Source of the DNA: Gemmatimonadota bacterium
Lineage (GTDB): Bacteria > Gemmatimonadota > Gemmatimonadetes > Longimicrobiales > Gaopeijiaceae
Length of the DNA stretch: 64,000 nt
Direction: 5' to 3'
Assembly (NCBI GenBank): GCA_034521595.1
Contig: JAXHMG010000003.1
Span: 3,039,006-3,103,005, forward strand
Shown here: positions 61,354 to 64,000 of the stretch, in pieces
Position numbering within the stretch: the first letter of the stretch is position 1
Layout of the letters: the number at the start of each line of letters is the position of its first letter
Made by a program: the position numbers and the translations under genes
Notes under the pieces: generated by a model
What the model was told of the DNA's origin: nothing
What the model saw: only the letters and a program-made list of their open reading frames with translations
Database searches by the model: none

Positions 61354-62558
61354 TCCGCAGGCAGCTCCCGGCGTACTCGCCGGTGCTCCCTTCGCGGCTG
61401 GTGGGCGCCGTGCCTCGATGCGCTCCGCTCACCCGCACGGACCCGTCTGTCCTATCTCTCGAGCAGCACCTCCTCGAGCGCTACGCCGCGGACCGGGCCG
61501 TCCTCACCGGGAGCGGCACCCAGGCGCTCCAGCTCGCGCTCGAGCGGTGCAAGCGCGCGCTCGGCGACGACGTGGTCGTCGCGCTGCCCGCCTACTCCTG
61601 CTACGACCTGGTCACCGCCGCGGTCGGCGCGGAGGTGCGGGTGACGTTCTACGACATCGACCCCGTGAGCCTCGCGCCCGACGAGGAGAGCCTCCGGGAG
61701 GCGCTCGCTGCCGGGGCCGGAGTGGTCGTGGCGGGCAACCTGTACGGCTTCCCGTTGGACTGGGACGCGCTGCGCGCGGTGTGCGACCCCCAGGGGGTGA
61801 TCGTGGTGGAGGACGCGGCCCAGGGGCTCGGCAGCCGGTGGAAGGACAAGGAGGCGGGCGGGCTCGGTGACCTGTCCGTCCTGTCCTTCGGACGCGGGAA
61901 AGGGTGGAACGGGGGCGGGGGCGGAGCGTTGCTGGTGCGGGACGGCGGGCGGCCCGCCCCGGAGCCCGAAGTCTCGGAGGCCGCCCCGGCCACCGCCGGG
62001 CTCGAGGCGGTCGTCCTGTCCCTGGCCATGTGGGCCCTCGGCCGTCCGGAGCTCTACCGCCTTCCTTCGCTGATCCCGGGGCTCGAGCTGGGGGCGACGG
62101 TCTACCACGAGCCGGAGCCGGTGCAGGCGATGCATCCGGTTTCGGCGGCGATCGCCCGCCGGCATGCCGGGCCTTCCCGGGATGCGGGTGCGGTCCGTGC
62201 GGCCTGGGCCGAGCGCTGGCACGGCGCGGTCGCGGGCGGGGAGGGCGGCGGTCGTGCGCTCACGCCGTGCGTCCCGCTCGCCGGCGGCGCTTCCGGCTGG
62301 CTCCGCTGTCCGGTGCTCGCGTCGAGCGCGGAGGCGAGGGAGGAGCGGGTGGCGGAAGCCGGGGACATGGGCGCCGCACGGGGCTATCCCACGGCTCTGC
62401 CGCGGCTGCCGCAGGCCGCCGCGCTGCACGCGTCGGGCCGTACGGCCGTTCCCGGTGCCGAGCGACTCGCCGCCACCCTGCTCACGCTCCCCACCCACCC
62501 GCGCGTCTCGGACGCGGATCTGGAGGCGTTCGCCTCCGTGGCGGCCAAGGCGTCATGA
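61350..62558 (+). CDS. DegT/DnrJ/EryC1/StrS-family PLP protein (sugar aminotransferase-like)
   Basis: SGTQALQLAL, VALPAYSC, VEDAAQG, LSFGRGKG..GGGG, LLTLPTHP. Confidence 0.82.
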   Translation: MIRRQLPAYSPVLPSRLVGAVPRCAPLTRTDPSVLSLEQHLLERYAADRAVLTGSGTQALQLALERCKRALGDDVVVALPAYSCYDLVTAAVGAEVRVTFYDIDPVSLAPDEESLREALAAGAGVVVAGNLYGFPLDWDALRAVCDPQGVIVVEDAAQGLGSRWKDKEAGGLGDLSVLSFGRGKGWNGGGGGALLVRDGGRPAPEPEVSEAAPATAGLEAVVLSLAMWALGRPELYRLPSLIPGLELGATVYHEPEPVQAMHPVSAAIARRHAGPSRDAGAVRAAWAERWHGAVAGGEGGGRALTPCVPLAGGASGWLRCPVLASSAEAREERVAEAGDMGAARGYPTALPRLPQAAALHASGRTAVPGAERLAATLLTLPTHPRVSDADLEAFASVAAKAS

Positions 62559-64000
62559 GCCCGCGCATGTGGGTCGGCGTGTCCCTGGGGGCGGTGCTCG
62601 CCGCGCTGTGGCCCACGCTCCTGAGCTTCCACGACGTGTGGACGAGCTATACCTACTCGCACGGCTACCTGGTCGCCGGGCTCTCGGCCTGGCTCCTGTG
62701 GCGGGCTCGGGCGAGGCTGTGGGAAGGGGACGCGGGGCGGAACCTCGCCCTCCCGATCCTCCTCGCCCTCGGTCTGCTGTGGCTCGCCGCCACGGTCATG
62801 CAGCTCCGCGTCGTGCACCAGGGCGTGCTGCCGCTCGCCGTCGCGGCGTGGGCGCTCGGGGTCGCGGGCCCGCCGGGGTTCCGGGCGGTGCTCCCCGCCA
62901 CCTCGCTCTTCCTGTTCGCCGTCCCGTTCTGGGAGGTCTTCATCGGGCCGCTCCAGCAGCTCACGATCCTGGTGAGCGGCAACGTGGTCCGGCTGTTCGG
63001 GATCCAGGCCGAGATCTCGGGCGAGCTCGTCCGCATCCCCAGCGGGACGTTCGAAGTCGCCGGCACGTGCGCGGGGCTGAACTTCTTCATCGTCGGCACC
63101 TTTCTCGGCACGGCGTACGCCTACCTCTTCCTGAATCGCTGGCGCTCCCGGCTGGCGATGGTCGCGCTCGCCGCCGCGACCGCGGTGGTCGCGAACTGGG
63201 TCCGGGTGACCGGACTGGTGGTCATCGGGCACGTCACCGAGATGACGCACGATCTCCTCCAGAGCCACCAGACGTACGGTTGGGTGATCTTCTCGGTCGC
63301 CTTCGTGCTGCTCTTCTGGCTCATGAGAGGCCTCGAGCGGCGTGACCGGAAGCGGGGCCAGGGGGACGACCTCGTGCGTGCCCGGCCCGGACCGTTGCCC
63401 GAGGAAGGCGTGGTGCGCCGCCGCGCGCTCCTGGCGTGCGGCGCGCTGTTGGTGGGCCCGCTCATCTACTTCGTGGTGGGGGCCCTGCCCGCCCGAGCCG
63501 GCGCGTCACCCGCTCCGGAAGCCACGGAGGCCATGGACCCGTGGCGCGTCGCTCCGTCCGACGCCCGGCCGTTCGACTGGCGGCCCGAGTTCGGGGGCGC
63601 GGGCGTCGAGCACGCCTGGGTCTGGACGAACGGGACGGTCGAGATCTACCACGACCGCCTGGTCTATCCCGAGCAGCGGCAGGGCGCGGAGCTGATCGGA
63701 GGCCCCAACCGGATCGCCGAGGCTTCGGCCATCGCGGCCGAGCGGCCGACCTGGCTGCGCGACCTCGACCGCACGGTCCGCGAAGCCCTGATCATGACCC
63801 CCGAGGGGCCGGTGCTGGTCTGGTACTGGTACCGCGTCGGCGGCGTCGAGACGGTGTCACCGGCCTGGGCCAAGCTGCTCGAGCTCTGGGGGTTCGTCCG
63901 GCGGAGGCCGGTCGCCGAGCTCGAGGCGCTCAGCGTGGCGTGCGGGACGGATGGGTGCGAGGAGGACGCTGCGGCGTTGCGGGAGTTGATGGAAGTGGGG
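62555..64000 (+). CDS. Exosortase (XrtA-like) fused to EpsI domain, runs off window end
   Basis: Manual translation from ATG 62555 (not in ORF track): YSHGYLV, FEVAGTCAGL (Cys), ANWVRV (Arg), SHQTYGW (His), then QRQGAELIG and VWYWYRVGG. Confidence 0.88.
   Translation, partial: MSPRMWVGVSLGAVLAALWPTLLSFHDVWTSYTYSHGYLVAGLSAWLLWRARARLWEGDAGRNLALPILLALGLLWLAATVMQLRVVHQGVLPLAVAAWALGVAGPPGFRAVLPATSLFLFAVPFWEVFIGPLQQLTILVSGNVVRLFGIQAEISGELVRIPSGTFEVAGTCAGLNFFIVGTFLGTAYAYLFLNRWRSRLAMVALAAATAVVANWVRVTGLVVIGHVTEMTHDLLQSHQTYGWVIFSVAFVLLFWLMRGLERRDRKRGQGDDLVRARPGPLPEEGVVRRRALLACGALLVGPLIYFVVGALPARAGASPAPEATEAMDPWRVAPSDARPFDWRPEFGGAGVEHAWVWTNGTVEIYHDRLVYPEQRQGAELIGGPNRIAEASAIAAERPTWLRDLDRTVREALIMTPEGPVLVWYWYRVGGVETVSPAWAKLLELWGFVRRRPVAELEALSVACGTDGCEEDAAALRELMEVG

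Noticed and set aside
1-64000. CRISPR array, tRNA, rRNA
   Set aside because: No regularly spaced repeats or recognisable RNA gene sequences seen by eye

Overview
High-GC bacterial window. The gene content and style resemble Gemmatimonadota, but that is an inference. Left part (1-36 kb) is mostly intact: the tail of a LuxC-like reductase, an AbrB regulator, an ABC exporter, SCO/PCuAC copper chaperones, a MoxR-DUF58-transglutaminase operon, an alternative complex III operon (actA-F), proC, FKBP, OmpA, a 4'-phosphopantetheinyl transferase, four type IV minor pilins, a TIGR03545/46 pair, surface proteins, a PEP-CTERM protein with a near-consensus sigma-54 promoter, and a TonB-dependent receptor. 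Right part (34.7-64 kb) is an exosortase/PEP-CTERM exopolysaccharide-type locus (ATP-grasp, LMW-PTP, GT2, CapA, PaaK-like ligase, deacetylase, FemAB, DegT aminotransferase, exosortase-EpsI). Embedded in it is a hybrid NRPS-PKS: a glycine-code A domain interrupted by a luciferase-like monooxygenase, a KS-AT-KR(DH)-carrier PKS without a thioesterase, and a pair of non-serine alpha/beta hydrolases. This is the best candidate for an undescribed system, possibly assembly-line acylation of a surface glycan. The 36-58 kb segment is heavily frameshifted and contains a partial duplication and several gene remnants with internal deletions, so long-read or consensus artefacts must be excluded. No rRNA, tRNA, CRISPR array or integrase was seen.
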